A stretch of 53,082 nt of DNA from Octopus sinensis (GCF_006345805.1 NW_021833894.1:1-53082); one strand, 5' to 3'. Counted from the first letter of the stretch, positions 1 to 13,168 are shown. A program made the numbers and translations. The notes: generated by a model from the letters alone, not told the origin.

Positions 1-145
1 TGTGTGTTTGGTGTGTGGTGTGTATGTGTGTGTGTGTATTGTGGGTGCGTGTGTGTGTGTCTGTGTGTTTTGGAGAAGGGAAGAAGGAAAAAAAGAAAAA
101 GAAAAATAAGGGCGGAAGGGGAAAATATTGTGTTGATATTTATAC

Positions 146-897
146 CACTATATATATATACATGCTTATACATGAACTATTAGAAAAAAAAAACATTTTA
201 TCGATTCAAAATGAACAACTAAATTACACCATCTTGAAAATTGCATATCATAGGAAAGTTAAAATTAAAGTGACAATTAAAAAGTAAAGATGAAGTAAAT
301 TACAAAAATAATATAATGTATATAACAGGCAATATATATATATATATATACACACACACATATATATATACATATACACACATATGCTAAATGTTCTACT
401 ATATTAAATTGTAAATCGAAAGATATGTCCTTCAATGTCACTATATATATATACATGCTTATACATGAAATATTAGAAAAAAAAAAAAACACCGTCTATC
501 GACCCAAAATGAACAACCAAACCACACCATCTTGAAAACTGCATATCATAGGAAAGTTAAAATCAAAGTGACAATCAAAAAGCAAAGTCGAAGTAAATTA
601 CAAAAATAATATAATGTATATAACAGGCAATATATATATATACACACACACATATATATACATATACACACATATACTAAATGTTCTACTATATTAAATT
701 GTAAATCGAAAGATATGTGTACTTCAATGTCACTATATATATATACATGCTTATACATGAAATATTAGAAAAAAAAACACCCCCCCATCGACTCAAAATG
801 AACAATGAAATTACACCATCTTGAAAATTGCATATCATAGGAAGGTTAAAATTAAAATGACAATTGGAAAGTAAAGATTAAGTAAATTACAAAAATG
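146..897. repeat. ~292-bp tandem repeat, about 2.6 units; core homologous to the arms of the 18557-18880 fold-back element
   Basis: Unit start CACTATATATATATACATGCTTATACATGAA recurs at ~146, ~439 and ~731. The core CAAAATGAACAA..AAATTACACCATCT is also at ~18588. Confidence 0.9.
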
Positions 898-1053
898 ATA
901 TGGGAGAAAGCGCTAATGATCTAAGTGATATGATATATATATATAAAATGTAATATATAAATAAATATCTGTAAATATAACCATCCGATCTTCTGAGTAC
1001 TTCATTTCTTCTAATATATATATATATATATATATAATATATATATATATACA

Positions 1054-1213
1054 CGACGGGCTTCTTTCAGTTTCCGTCTACCATATCCACTCACAAGGCT
1101 TTGGTCGGCTCGAGGCTATAGTAGAAGACACCTGCCAGGGTGCCATGCAGTTTGACTGAACCGGGAAGCATGTGATTGAGGAGCAATCTTCTTACCACAC
1201 AGTCACGCCTGCG
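1054..1213 (-). mobile_element. tRNA-derived SINE family B, 5' half
   Basis: Reverse complement matches the 50012-50165 head (TGTGTGGTAAG A-box-like, GGTTCAGTC B-box-like, then AAAGCCTTGTGAGTGGAT). Confidence 0.85.
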
Positions 1214-1648
1214 TATTATATGTGTGCGTGTGTATGCATATATATACACACACACACACACACAACACACATATATATATATATATATATATAATATATA
1301 TATATATATATAATACATATGTATATGTGCGTGGGCGTATGTATGTATAAATGTATGCATATATGTACGTATATCTGTGTGTTTTCATTGTAAAGTGGTA
1401 ATAGTTTGTTAGATTTCGCAAACGCTGGACGGAAGAAAATATTCAGATAAACATGACATCGAGAAAAAAACTATAAAAGTCTCCATAAGAACTGACTTGA
1501 AATACAGTTTATTGTAAATGAAATAAGGAGTCACCTTTCACACACTCTACATATCACCACGCAAACCAACTGAGATCCCTTCGTGGGAAAAATAAGTTGC
1601 TGTAGAATAACATGTATAACTTTGATAGAAACGGAAGAAAAATAATGC

Positions 1649-1845
1649 TTTCTGCTATAGGAGCAAGGCTTGGAATATTTAGGTGGGGATGAAGGAAATT
1701 GATTACATCACCCCAATGCATAGCTGGTATTTATTTCATCGTATCGTTCATATATAATGTCGACCTCGGCGAAATTTGAACTCAGAACGTAATGACGGGC
1801 GAAATGCCGCTAAGCATTTTGCTCTGCGCGTTAACAATTTTGCCT
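1649..1845 (-). mobile_element. tRNA-derived SINE family A, diverged
   Basis: GTCGACCTCGGCGAAATTTGAACTCAGAACGTAA is the reverse complement of the family A core at 44376-44410. Confidence 0.85.
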
Positions 1846-2556
1846 GACCCCACACCCTATGTAAGATAGATAATAATCAGAAAAATCTTGAATTATAGAA
1901 GAGTGGTAAAAAAACTGCATTCGATATTTAGTGCACCACGTGCGAAACGTGCCCTCGTCAATCGTTGTCTCAATGTAATCAGCCAGCCACCCAAACCATA
2001 CACAGATGTAGCTATCCATCGATCAGTCATTAGTCATCAAACCAATACATCTAACCACCAATCTTTATCAATCACTCAGACGTAAGGACGAACCAAATAC
2101 AAGTCCAGCAAACGGACCAGCTGCAAGACGTGCTTGAAATAGCATCAAACTCGCCCTCATATAACAACTTACCGATTGAATAAAGGCAGAAGAAAAAAGT
2201 AGTTGTTAGAAGTTCGAGGAATTAATCCCCCCCCCAAAAAAAATACTGGATGTTCACGACTGGAATGTCTTTGATTATAACAGCACGATCATAATTGGCC
2301 TCGGGTTAAGCAACAGCAATCTACTAATTAACCAACCAACAACCAAACAAGCCACCAGGCCGAACACGAAGTCAACCATCCATCCGTCCATCCATCCATC
2401 CGTCTATCCATCCATCCACCCATCCATCCATCCATCCATCCATCCTAGTCATCAACCATTTGCAGTCAGCCATTTTTAATTAGCCGACCGCCAAACGGAC
2501 AACCTTGTGTGTCCCTGTAAAAATGACTCAGCTATAAAGGGTTTCATTTCATTTCA

Positions 2557-2622
<66 letters not shown>

Positions 2623-2790
2623 TCCTTCCTTCCTTCCTTGACTTATTTCTACTGTTATTCCTAATTCTTGTCTTTTTATAACAACGACTATCAAATTTCA
2701 TGTTTCAAGTCTTGTTTAATATGTTACGACTTCTGCCAGTAATAAAAAAGAATGGACCCCTGAAAGTATGGAGTCGTTGGTACACGCACA

Positions 2791-2830
<40 letters not shown>

Positions 2831-2886
2831 CACGCACGCACGCATGTACACACGCACGCACGCACATACACGCAAGCACACGCACA

Positions 2887-2924
<38 letters not shown>

Positions 2925-3044
2925 CACCACGCACGCATGTACACACGCACGCACGCACATACACGCAAGCACACGCATACACACATACACACACAAACAC
3001 ATACACACATTGACGCAGGCATACTGATATATTGAAGATATACA

Positions 3045-3208
3045 GACGCAGGCGTAGCTGCGTGGTAAGAAGCTTGTTTCTCAAGTACATAGTCTCAGGT
3101 TCAGCCCCACTCTTTAGCACCTTAGACATGCGTGTCTTCTTTTATATCCCCGGGCTAACCAAAGCCTTGTGAGTAGATTTGGTTGACGGAAGCCGAAAGA
3201 AGATCGCC
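3045..3208 (+). mobile_element. SINE family B, 5' half
   Basis: GCGTAGCTGCGTGGTAAGAAGCTTG...GGTTCAGCCCC...AAAGCCTTGTGAGTAGATTTGG. Confidence 0.8.
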
Positions 3209-3582
3209 GGATATTATTCGCACTTGATTTCTAGTTTTCGAGATGTGTATGGCTCTGGTCCACCTGTTCCATCTTTCTTTAGGGGTCTTCTTTGCTGTAA
3301 AGGTTCTAGAAGTATGTCTACCTCTTATCGGTTTGCTGGGGATAGAAACAGCTAAGGTCTTGTTTGTCAAGCTAATCTTTGTAACATGTAAGTCTAAGGT
3401 CGAGGCTCAGTTCATCTGTGTCAATACCACGAAACTCGGTGATAATCACACGTATTTTCCATCGTAAAATCAATGCCGATGGATGGGTATAGAGACACCA
3501 CATCCACACCGCCTTTTACGCATCCTTTGAGGTCGCAGGCACGGTTTCATTGTCGATTCTGCTGAGGAGCTCTCTCTCTCTC

Positions 3583-3716
<134 letters not shown>

Positions 3717-3925
3717 GGTTTAATGAATGTATATATGTATGAATATTTGGATGACTGAATGCATGATTATATAATGATATAAATTAATATTTATATTGCA
3801 ACCATAATGTATTACCAAATATAACAGAAGTTTATAAGCCAATAATGTACTCTACATTGTATCAGCAGTAATGTATTCCCATTTTTAAAGCATATTCTTT
3901 AATTCTTTAATTCTTTAATTATTTT

Positions 3926-4276
3926 ATTCTTTTACCTATTTCAATCACTTGACCGCAGCCATGCTGGAGTACCGCCTTTAGTCGAAAAAATCGACCACAT
4001 GAAATATTCTTTGTAAGCCTAGTAGTTGTTATATCGGTCTGTTTTGCCAAACCGTTAAGTTACTGGGGCGTAAACACATAAACATCGCTTATTAAGTGAT
4101 AGTGGTGGGACAAACACAGGCACTCGACGGGCTTCTTTCAGTTTCCATCTTCCAAATCCACTCATAAGGCTTTTGTCGGCCCGAGGCTACAGTGGAAGAC
4201 ACTTGTCCAAGGTGCCACGCAGTGGGACTGAACCGGAACCATGTGGTTGCGAAGCAAGCTTCCTACCACACAGCCA
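3926..4276 (-). mobile_element. SINE family B, near full length, lacking the internal microsatellite
   Basis: Colinear with 34470-34880 and with the reverse complement of 50012-50422. Confidence 0.9.
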
Positions 4277-4984
4277 TTAATAAAGATATTCTATAGAATT
4301 TAGAGCTACCACTGAAAGTTTCGACGTTTCGTATACAAATACATCTATGTAAAATGTGAGATCCAAGACAGAAGTATAGGAAATGGATGTATATGCATAT
4401 TTCAGGAATTATTGGCCCATCATCAGTACCACATCCAACGCATTAATCATCCACGAACACATTGCTAAGTCTAGCGGTGTAAGACAATTGGAAAGCCCAA
4501 TTTTACATATTAAAGAACAGGGTCCCTGTCAACATATGATCACGAAGGGATTCTATCCGGTACAATGCTATACGTATTGGCGGTTGACGGCTGGCTCTGA
4601 GGTGTATCTGTGTTTGATTCTTTATACGTAACATTGCACGCACACACATACACTCTCATGCACACACCACACACACCACACACTAACACTCACACAGGCA
4701 CACACACACTGACTCTCACACATACACACACACACACAAACACACACACAGAGTCACGCACACACTGATATACACGCACTTACCCACATGCACAGGCATA
4801 CGCAGACACAGTTACACACACACATACACACATTTCATACAACATGAATGTATGTGCATACATGTGTCACCGTGTATGTTAAAGCCTTTTGCTCACTATA
4901 TACGTGAATACTGTTTTACGTCATATACATGGATGTATCGCGCTCTCTCACACCCTCTCCCAGTCTGTCTGTTTGTTTGCCTAT

Positions 4985-5009
4985 CTATCTGTTTATAACA
5001 CACACACAA

Positions 5010-5050
<41 letters not shown>

Positions 5051-5510
5051 TATATATGCATATATATATATGTGTGTATATATATATATATATGTATATA
5101 TATGTATATACATATATATGTATATATATGCATATATATACACATACATATACTCATATATATGTATATATGTGTATATTTGCATACATATATATGTATA
5201 TATGTGTATGCATACATATATACATACATATATATATATGTATGTAGTATATATATATATATATGTATAAATATACGAATATGTATATATATATATATGA
5301 TATATGTGTTTATATATATATACTTTTAAAAAGTATATGTATGAATGTAATATGTCTGTATATATATATATATATATGCATATATATATATGTATACTTA
5401 CATATATATGCATATATGCATATATATATATATACATATTACACACTCACACACAAACACACACACATATATATGCCTTTAAAAGTATATGTATAAATGT
5501 AATTATATAT
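4985..5510. repeat. Degenerate (TA)n/(TATG)n/(CA)n compound microsatellite, representative of many (3585-3715, 9700-10640, 15100-15290, 24365-24765, 41920-42280, 43905-44050)
   Basis: Seen directly in the sequence. Confidence 0.95.
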
Positions 5511-6287
5511 CTCTGTTAGTGTAGGTTTACATACAGCCACATTTATACTCACATACACGCACATACATAAATATTCATACATGCATTCATACACACACAC
5601 AAACACACACACGCGTATATACTCATCTCTGAATCTATCTTAGTATGTATATACATAAACACACATACACATATATCAATATGTAGACACATTATTGTAT
5701 ACACACAAACCAAACATATCTATGACGTATGTATACATCTGTACGTAAGCACATAATTCTACGCGTGACACTGCTGCAATACAGCAACAACAAGAACAGC
5801 ACACACACACACACCTACACATGTATAATATAATATATACCTACACAGGTTTATAGTTTATAATATACACCAATTCTTTATCTCCACGGCTGATTATATT
5901 TTTATGATGTTGCTGTTTTCGATCAACTTAGTTCATAGACTTTTATAGTTTTTTTCTTCCATATTTTAAACCTGCAACATAAACTCTTATCTTAAGTTTT
6001 ATTTCAGACCAAATTACCAACTATTTTTCTCTATATATTGTTTTTTATATGATGGCCGTCTTTCTCTTTTACCTTTATTTCTCTCTTTCTCTTTTCCTTG
6101 CTTCTTTTCTTTCTCTCTTTTTTCTTGTTTTCTATTTATAACATCTTATGTTGTATCTGGCTGTTTATAGATTGATATCAGTTTCCAGTGGCATACACAA
6201 AATATAAATATAGAATATATACTGAAGATAATCATATAGCTGTTATTAATTTCATCTTCTCTTGATATTATTATTATTATTATTATG

Positions 6288-6560
6288 TCTTCTTTCAGTT
6301 TTGTTTCCATTTGTTGTTGGGTGTCCTCTCGACACCTACGGCAAAGAAACTTATTGTATACGTTGATAGGCCATTAAAATAAACACACCGCATTGTTCAA
6401 TTACAAAATCAAATATGGTTATGTGAAAAACAAAAACCACATTTCCATGAGTCGTAATCGTCCTCACAGTCACAATACTCTTTTCAATACGTGTTAGGTA
6501 CCAGTTAAAATAAGCTTTGCCCTTTTTGAACGGATGGTAATCCAAGGATCGTACTCAAAT
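6288..6560 (-). mobile_element. R4/Dong-type LINE, 3' end fragment
   Basis: Aligns to 27990-28245 (GGCAAAGAAACT; the off-frame peptide NWYLTRIEKSIV vs NWYITRIEKSIV). Abuts (TTA)n at 6267-6287. Confidence 0.8.
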
Positions 6561-6606
6561 AGTTTTTTTTTTTATCATTCCAAGTGTTCCTACAATCACT
6601 ATTATA

Positions 6607-6815
6607 ACGGTTTCAAATTTGGCAAAAGGCGAGGAATTTTGTTGCTTGTCGATTACATCGACCCTAGTGTTCAGCAGGTACTTAATTTATTGGTCAGCGA
6701 AAAGACAAAAGGCAAAGTCGACCTCGGCGGAATTTGAACCCATAACGTGCAGACGGACGAAATGCTGCTTAGGTTTTTGTCCGGCGTGTTAACGGTTCTG
6801 CCAGCTCGTCGCCTT
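6607..6815 (-). mobile_element. SINE family A
   Basis: AAAGGCAAAGTCGACCTCGGCGGAATTTGAAC...TTCTGCCAGCTCGTCGCCTT. Confidence 0.9.
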
Positions 6816-7243
6816 CACCACTGCTATTATAATCGCTCTCAGATGCCACATTTTTCCGATTTCAAAGTGAAATTCTTCATATTTTCAGAGCTTCTCAATT
6901 TTTTTGCCGAGATATATTATGATCAGAAGGAATACGATCAATAGAAAAACTTTATTATTTTAATATTTCGAATCAATATCCAGTTTATTAGTTTTGGTTC
7001 AGTTTGTATGTACTAGAAAGTCCCAAAGAATCGTTACATTTTCTCCTCAGTTACAGCATCAGCGTGGTGATTATACCACTTGTTGGCAGTTTTGATTTTA
7101 TAAAGGTGACATATTTACCGCTGAGGTCGACTTCGCCGGTCATTCTTTCGTGATCGATAACATATGTACCAGTTAAGCACTTGGGTCGATATAATCGACC
7201 TACATTGCGGCTATTATAGATCTTGCGCCTGTAATAGAGGGGA

Positions 7244-7415
7244 TTATTACCTCCGCCTAAATAAGGCGGAGGTATTGTTTTCAGTTGTATTTGTTTGTTC
7301 GCTTGTTTGTCCGTTGACAAGATATCTCAAGAACCGCTGGATGGTTTCGGACGAAACTTTCAGGGATGCTTGACCGCGTGCCTGGCACGAACTGATTAGA
7401 TTTTGGGATTGGGAT
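7244..7415 (+). mobile_element. Non-autonomous Helentron/DINE-1-like (HINE) 5' portion
   Basis: Perfect 11-bp hairpin TACCTCCGCCT/AGGCGGAGGTA (7248-7274), then a (TGTT)-type microsatellite, then GATATCTCAAGAACCGCTGGATGG..GAAACTTTCAGGG. This layout is typical of HINEs. Confidence 0.65.
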
Positions 7416-7840
7416 TGATCAAAAATGAATTGTACCTGTAATTGAAAGGGGCCAGGCATGTAACATTCAGTATCATGCTGAATCTCTGTGAGAACTTCGT
7501 TGAGAGTACGCGTGTCTGTGGAGTACTCAGCCACTTGCACGTTAATTTCACGAACAGGTTTTCCCGTTGATTGTATCAACTGGTAACCGACGGGATACCA
7601 GTATTTTCTTTCTGTGGAACAGTTTTCCGGAGGAGTGTTACTCATGTTCCAGTTTCTATTCTTTCGATACTCTTATATCTGACTGTAGAAAGATTACAGT
7701 AATGGAAAGCAGATATCCGAGTAGCAACATGGATCTGCAAATAAATGCATACAATATCATGAAATGCACATGAATATACTTACACGCATTTATCTATCTA
7801 TCTTCTGGATCTAGCATACAGAAGGAGAGAGAGAGAGAGA

Positions 7841-7877
<37 letters not shown>

Positions 7878-7886
7878 GGGGGAGAG

Positions 7887-7918
<32 letters not shown>

Positions 7919-8056
7919 CCCCTTCGGTCATGAATGATCATGGGATACGTACCTAGAATTTTACCCACCGAGGTACGAGGTACGTGCAAGTGGCTGAGTT
8001 CCAAGGTTTGTGGAAGGCCAGCAGTCACCCATGTATACCAGCCTCTATCTACCTAC

Positions 8057-8140
<84 letters not shown>

Positions 8141-8170
8141 TTATCTATCTATCTATCTTCTCGATCTGGC

Positions 8171-8207
<37 letters not shown>

Positions 8208-8249
8208 ATATATACATATATACAGAGAAGGAGGGAGAGAGAGAGAGAC

Positions 8250-8557
8250 GAGACCCTTCGGTCATAAATGACCATTGGATACGTACCTAGAAATTTATCC
8301 TCCGAGGCACAAGTCCGGGCAAGGTTGTTTGTGGAAGACCAGCAGTCGCCCATTCATACCAGCCTCTCTCCCCACCCACGCCACCGATGTTATCCAAGGG
8401 AAAGGCAAAGGGGCCGATACAGCTTGATACCTGTGACGTCGCAACTCGTTTCTACAGCTTAGTGAACGGGAGCAACGTGAAATAAAGTGTCTTGCTCAAG
8501 AACACAACACGCTGCTCGGTCCGGAAATCGAACTCAGAAGCTCACGATCATAAGCTC
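8250..8557 (-). mobile_element. tRNA-derived SINE family C (CORE/Meta-like central block); its 3' part is duplicated at 7915-8045
   Basis: Minus strand GAGTTCGATTTCC B-box then TGTGTTCTTGAGCAAGACACTTTATTTCACGTTGCTCC. A related fragment lies at ~40820-40945. Confidence 0.75.
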
Positions 8558-8595
8558 ACACACACACACACACATACACACACACCACCACCACA

Positions 8596-8627
<32 letters not shown>

Positions 8628-9001
8628 TATAATATAATAATAATTTATATATATATATATATATATATATAATTCACTTGTTTAGTATGATATTGGTTTT
8701 TTAGATTTTACAACCGATAATCACAAGTATTCCTTCAATTGACTCCGCATCAATACTAACCGGACATTTGCACACGGATAAATTAATTCACACTTCATCT
8801 CAATGGTTTTCATTGCTGAGTTTTAACTAATTAATGTTACTGTTAATCCCAAAATATAATTAAATTCTTTCATGTTCCAGAAAATAGAAAAACAACTAAT
8901 TAGAACTACAAGGAAAACGACGAAACATGATCTTTTGGTTAAACTCTTTTCATCGATTTCAGTGAGTTTCTTAATATTATTACATTATACATCTCGATCT
9001 C

Positions 9002-9095
<94 letters not shown>

Positions 9096-9793
9096 ACACA
9101 CATATATACATATGCGTATACTTAAACATACGTGCATAAAATCATATGCGGTATATATGTATATAATACGTATATGAATATATACATTCATATATACTTC
9201 TATAATCACATAATACATGCATATGGTTATGTAAGTATATATATATCCATATATATGATTATATATATATATATCATATATATATATATAAATACACACA
9301 TACAATAACATACATACATCAATATATATATAGATTATATAATATAATATATATAGATAATATATATATATATACATTAATATATACGCTTATGAAAATA
9401 TATGCCTTTGTGTATGTCAGAATGCAAGTGTGTGTTGTGTGTGTTGTATGTGTGTATGTGGACAAACATATTTAAAGATATCTTCAATGAAATAACGAGA
9501 CAGAAAAAGAAGGAAGAGCGGAAAATTATGATGGAAGAAAGTGAAAACTTATAAAGCACGATTAACAATCGAGACGAAAATAACTTCTGGCCATTATATT
9601 AATGAAGCGTAAACAAGATCTTCAGCCGGTGAAAGACATACATACATACATACATAATACATACATACATACATACATACATCATACTTACATACGTACA
9701 TACATACATACAATACATATATATATATAATATAAATATATATATTATATATTATATGTATATGTTTATATACACAACCAGATTTACATATAT

Positions 9794-9874
<81 letters not shown>

Positions 9875-10147
9875 CTATATAGACATATTCACCATACATA
9901 AACACACACGCAGATATGGGTATACATATATATACATACATAAATATATATATATATATATATATGCATACATACATACTATATATATAAATAATAATGT
10001 TATACATATATATATACGTATTCACACACGCATATATTTATATATATATATATATATATTATATATGTGTGTTATATATGTATATATGTATATGTATATA
10101 TATATACATGTATATATATATACATACATATATACATATATATATAT

Positions 10148-10190
<43 letters not shown>

Positions 10191-10565
10191 TGCGAGTGTG
10201 ATACTATATATATATATATGTATATACATTATATTTATATATATATGTATGTATGTATGCATATATATATATATTATATATATACTATGTGTGTATATAT
10301 ATATGTATAATATCTATATGTGTATATTATATATATATATATCTATATATATAGATGTATATATATATTTGTATATATATATACATGTATTATATATATA
10401 TTTGTATATATATGTATATATATATATTATATGTGTGTATATAGATATATGAATATATATATATTATTTAATATATATGTATATTTAATATATATATGTA
10501 TATTTATATATATATATATGTATATATATGTATATACATGTATATATATGTATATATAGGTATAT

Positions 10566-10617
<52 letters not shown>

Positions 10618-11239
10618 CATATAATATATACCTATATGCGAGTATGTGAGTATGTATATATACGTATCGATAATAACTACATGAGTGTGTGTGTGTAGGT
10701 ATGAGAGTGAGAGAGAGAGAGAGTGTTGGTATGGATTCCAGTAGCTTTGTGCAGATAAGCATGAAGTTTAAATAAGATATAGGAAATTCCTCGAAGACGT
10801 GCTTCCTATTTATGTAAGCCAAATGAATTGAAGCGTACCCTCAGTTAATTTGACTGTACACTGAAATATTAGAGTAATCCATGTAGGTTGACTGTTAGAA
10901 ATAGTAGTTAAATCTCATACCAACGGTGTTACAAATAAGGAGAGCATATAGGAAGACGTCGTTTTGTATGTATAAAGCGATAGGGTTGTCCCTTCTAGAC
11001 CAGATTTTAATCATAGTGCCTTTTCTATGTTATTATCTTACATAACCTAATCTGTAAATACTTTCTACTCTAATTCTTCATTTGTTAATTATCCTGATGT
11101 CTGTCTTACCTGGTTGAATGTTACACTTGCTCTACTGATGAGAATGAAAAACATTTCAACTTGTCACCGTATTTGCCAGGGATCAAACACATATCTCACT
11201 ACATAAATTCAATCAATTTTTGTTCAGTATAGATTTCAG

Positions 11240-12962
11240 AGAAGGGGACTATTTCCTGGAAAGTTCCGAGGAGGGGGAGGAATTACTTTCTGGAAAGATC
11301 TAAGGAAGGGGAGGAATTACTTCGTGAAAAGTCCCGAGGAGGGGAAAAGGGAGGAATTAATTCTTGGAAAGTTTCGATGACGATGAGGAATTACTTCCTG
11401 GAAAGGTTCGAGGAGGAGGTATTACTCCATGGAAAGTTCCAAGGAAGGGAAAGAAGGAGAGCAATTACTTCCTGGAAAGTTCCAAGGAAGGGGAGGAAGG
11501 GGGAAAATTATTTCCTGGAAATTCCCAGGGAGGAGCGGAAATACTTCCTGCAAAGTTTCAGGGCCGGGACGAATTACTTTCTGGAAAGTTCCAAGCGAGG
11601 TGAGAAACTACTCGCTGGAAAGTTCAAAGGAGGATAGGAAGAGGAGGAATTACTTCCTGGAAAGATCCGAGAAAAAGAAAGAGTTGAATTACGCCCTGGA
11701 AAGTTCCTAGGAAGGGGGCATTACTTTCTGGAAAGTTCCTAGGAGAAGAGGGAAGGGATAGAATTAGTTCTTGGAAAGTTCCAAGGAGGGGAGGAATTAC
11801 TTCCTGGAATGGAGGGAATAATTCCTGGAAAGTTCCGATGAGGATAGGAATTACTCCCTGGAAAGATTCCAGGAAGAAGAGAAATTACTTCTTGGAAACT
11901 TCCAAGGAATGGGAGGAATTACCTCCTGGAAAGTTCGCAGGAGTGGAGGAATACTTCCTGGACATTTCCAAGGAAGGGTTGGAATGGGAAGAATTCCTTC
12001 ATGGAATTTTCCAAGGAATAGGAGGAGTTACTTCCTGGAAAGTTCCGAGGATAGGGAGTTATTACTTCCTGGGAGGTTCCAAGTAGGTGTAGGAAGGGGA
12101 GGAATTATGTCCTGGAAAAATCCGAGTAAGGGGAGGATTTACATCTTGGAAAGTTCCGAGGAGTGGGAGGAAAAGGAGAGTCACTTCCTGGAAAATTCAA
12201 AGGAAGGGGAGGAATTAATTCCGGGACAGTTCCCAGTAGGGGGAAGAATTCCTCCAGGGAAAGTTCCAAGGTAGAAGAAAGTTCAAAGGAGGGGAAACAA
12301 GGGGTGAAGTGAAGGATTTGAGAGGGGAATGGGACGAAGGGGAGGAAGGATTGCTGAACATTACAGAGAGGGTGATTTGAGAGGAGGAAGGCCAAAAGGG
12401 GACAAAGGAATCTTGAACATTCAAGAGAGGGGAGGAAGAATTGCTGAACATTCCTGAGAGGGGGATATAAGAGGGGGAAGGGGAGGAAGGGGAAGAAGGC
12501 ATCTTGAAAATTGCAGAGATGGTGTTTCAGAGGGTATTTGAGAAGGGAAGGGGAGGAAGAACTGTTGAACATTGCAGAGAGGGGGATTTGGGAGGGGAAG
12601 TGGAAGAAGGGGAGGAAGAATCGTTGAACATTCCAGAGAGGCTGATTTCAGAGTGGGAAGGAAGGAAGGGGAGGAAAGGGTGCAAGGGGAGGATTTCCTT
12701 CTTGGAAAGTTCTGAGGAGGTGGTTGAATTACTTGCTGGAAAGTTCCTAGGAGGCGGAGGAATTACTTCCTGGAAATTTTCCTAGGAAGGTGGGATTACT
12801 TCCTGGAAAATTCCGAGGAGGGGAAGGATTTACTTCCTGGAAATTCCTGAGGAGGGGAAGGAATTACTTCCTAGAAAGTTCCAAGTAAGGTTCATTACTT
12901 CCTGGAAATTTCTGAGGCGGGGAGGAATTACTTCCTGGAAAGTTCCGAGGAGTGGGAGGATT
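11240..12962. repeat. Purine-rich minisatellite, ~33-bp unit GAGGAGGGGAGGAATTACTTCCTGGAAAGTTCC (about 35-40 units), with a central block of a ~55-bp variant unit
   Basis: Units counted by eye: about 30 in 11240-12290 and about 8 in 12690-12962. Confidence 0.95.
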
Positions 12963-13042
12963 TCCTGCTCAAGTACAAATCCCTTGAGCACTACAAAATG
13001 CATTCTATACAGAGAATTTCACCTTCTGATGTATGTATGTAC

Positions 13043-13110
<68 letters not shown>

Positions 13111-13137
13111 TATATATCTATATCTATCTATCATAAT

Positions 13138-13168
<31 letters not shown>

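Noticed and set aside
4889-5519. Many YI/CV/HT-rich ORFs here and throughout the track
   Set aside because: They are translations of dinucleotide microsatellites, which lack stop codons in several frames.
11111-11200. Minus-strand donor CAG|GTAAGA as a candidate exon 2 of the 14.5-kb gene
   Set aside because: The two best nearby acceptors give an immediate stop in phase 0; the remaining option is a very short, unconvincing exon.
11240-12962. CRISPR-like appearance (palindromic core plus variable spacers) and ORFs in the array
   Set aside because: Spacers are short low-complexity G/A runs, repeats are degenerate, there are no cas genes and the context is eukaryotic. The ORFs are repeat translations.
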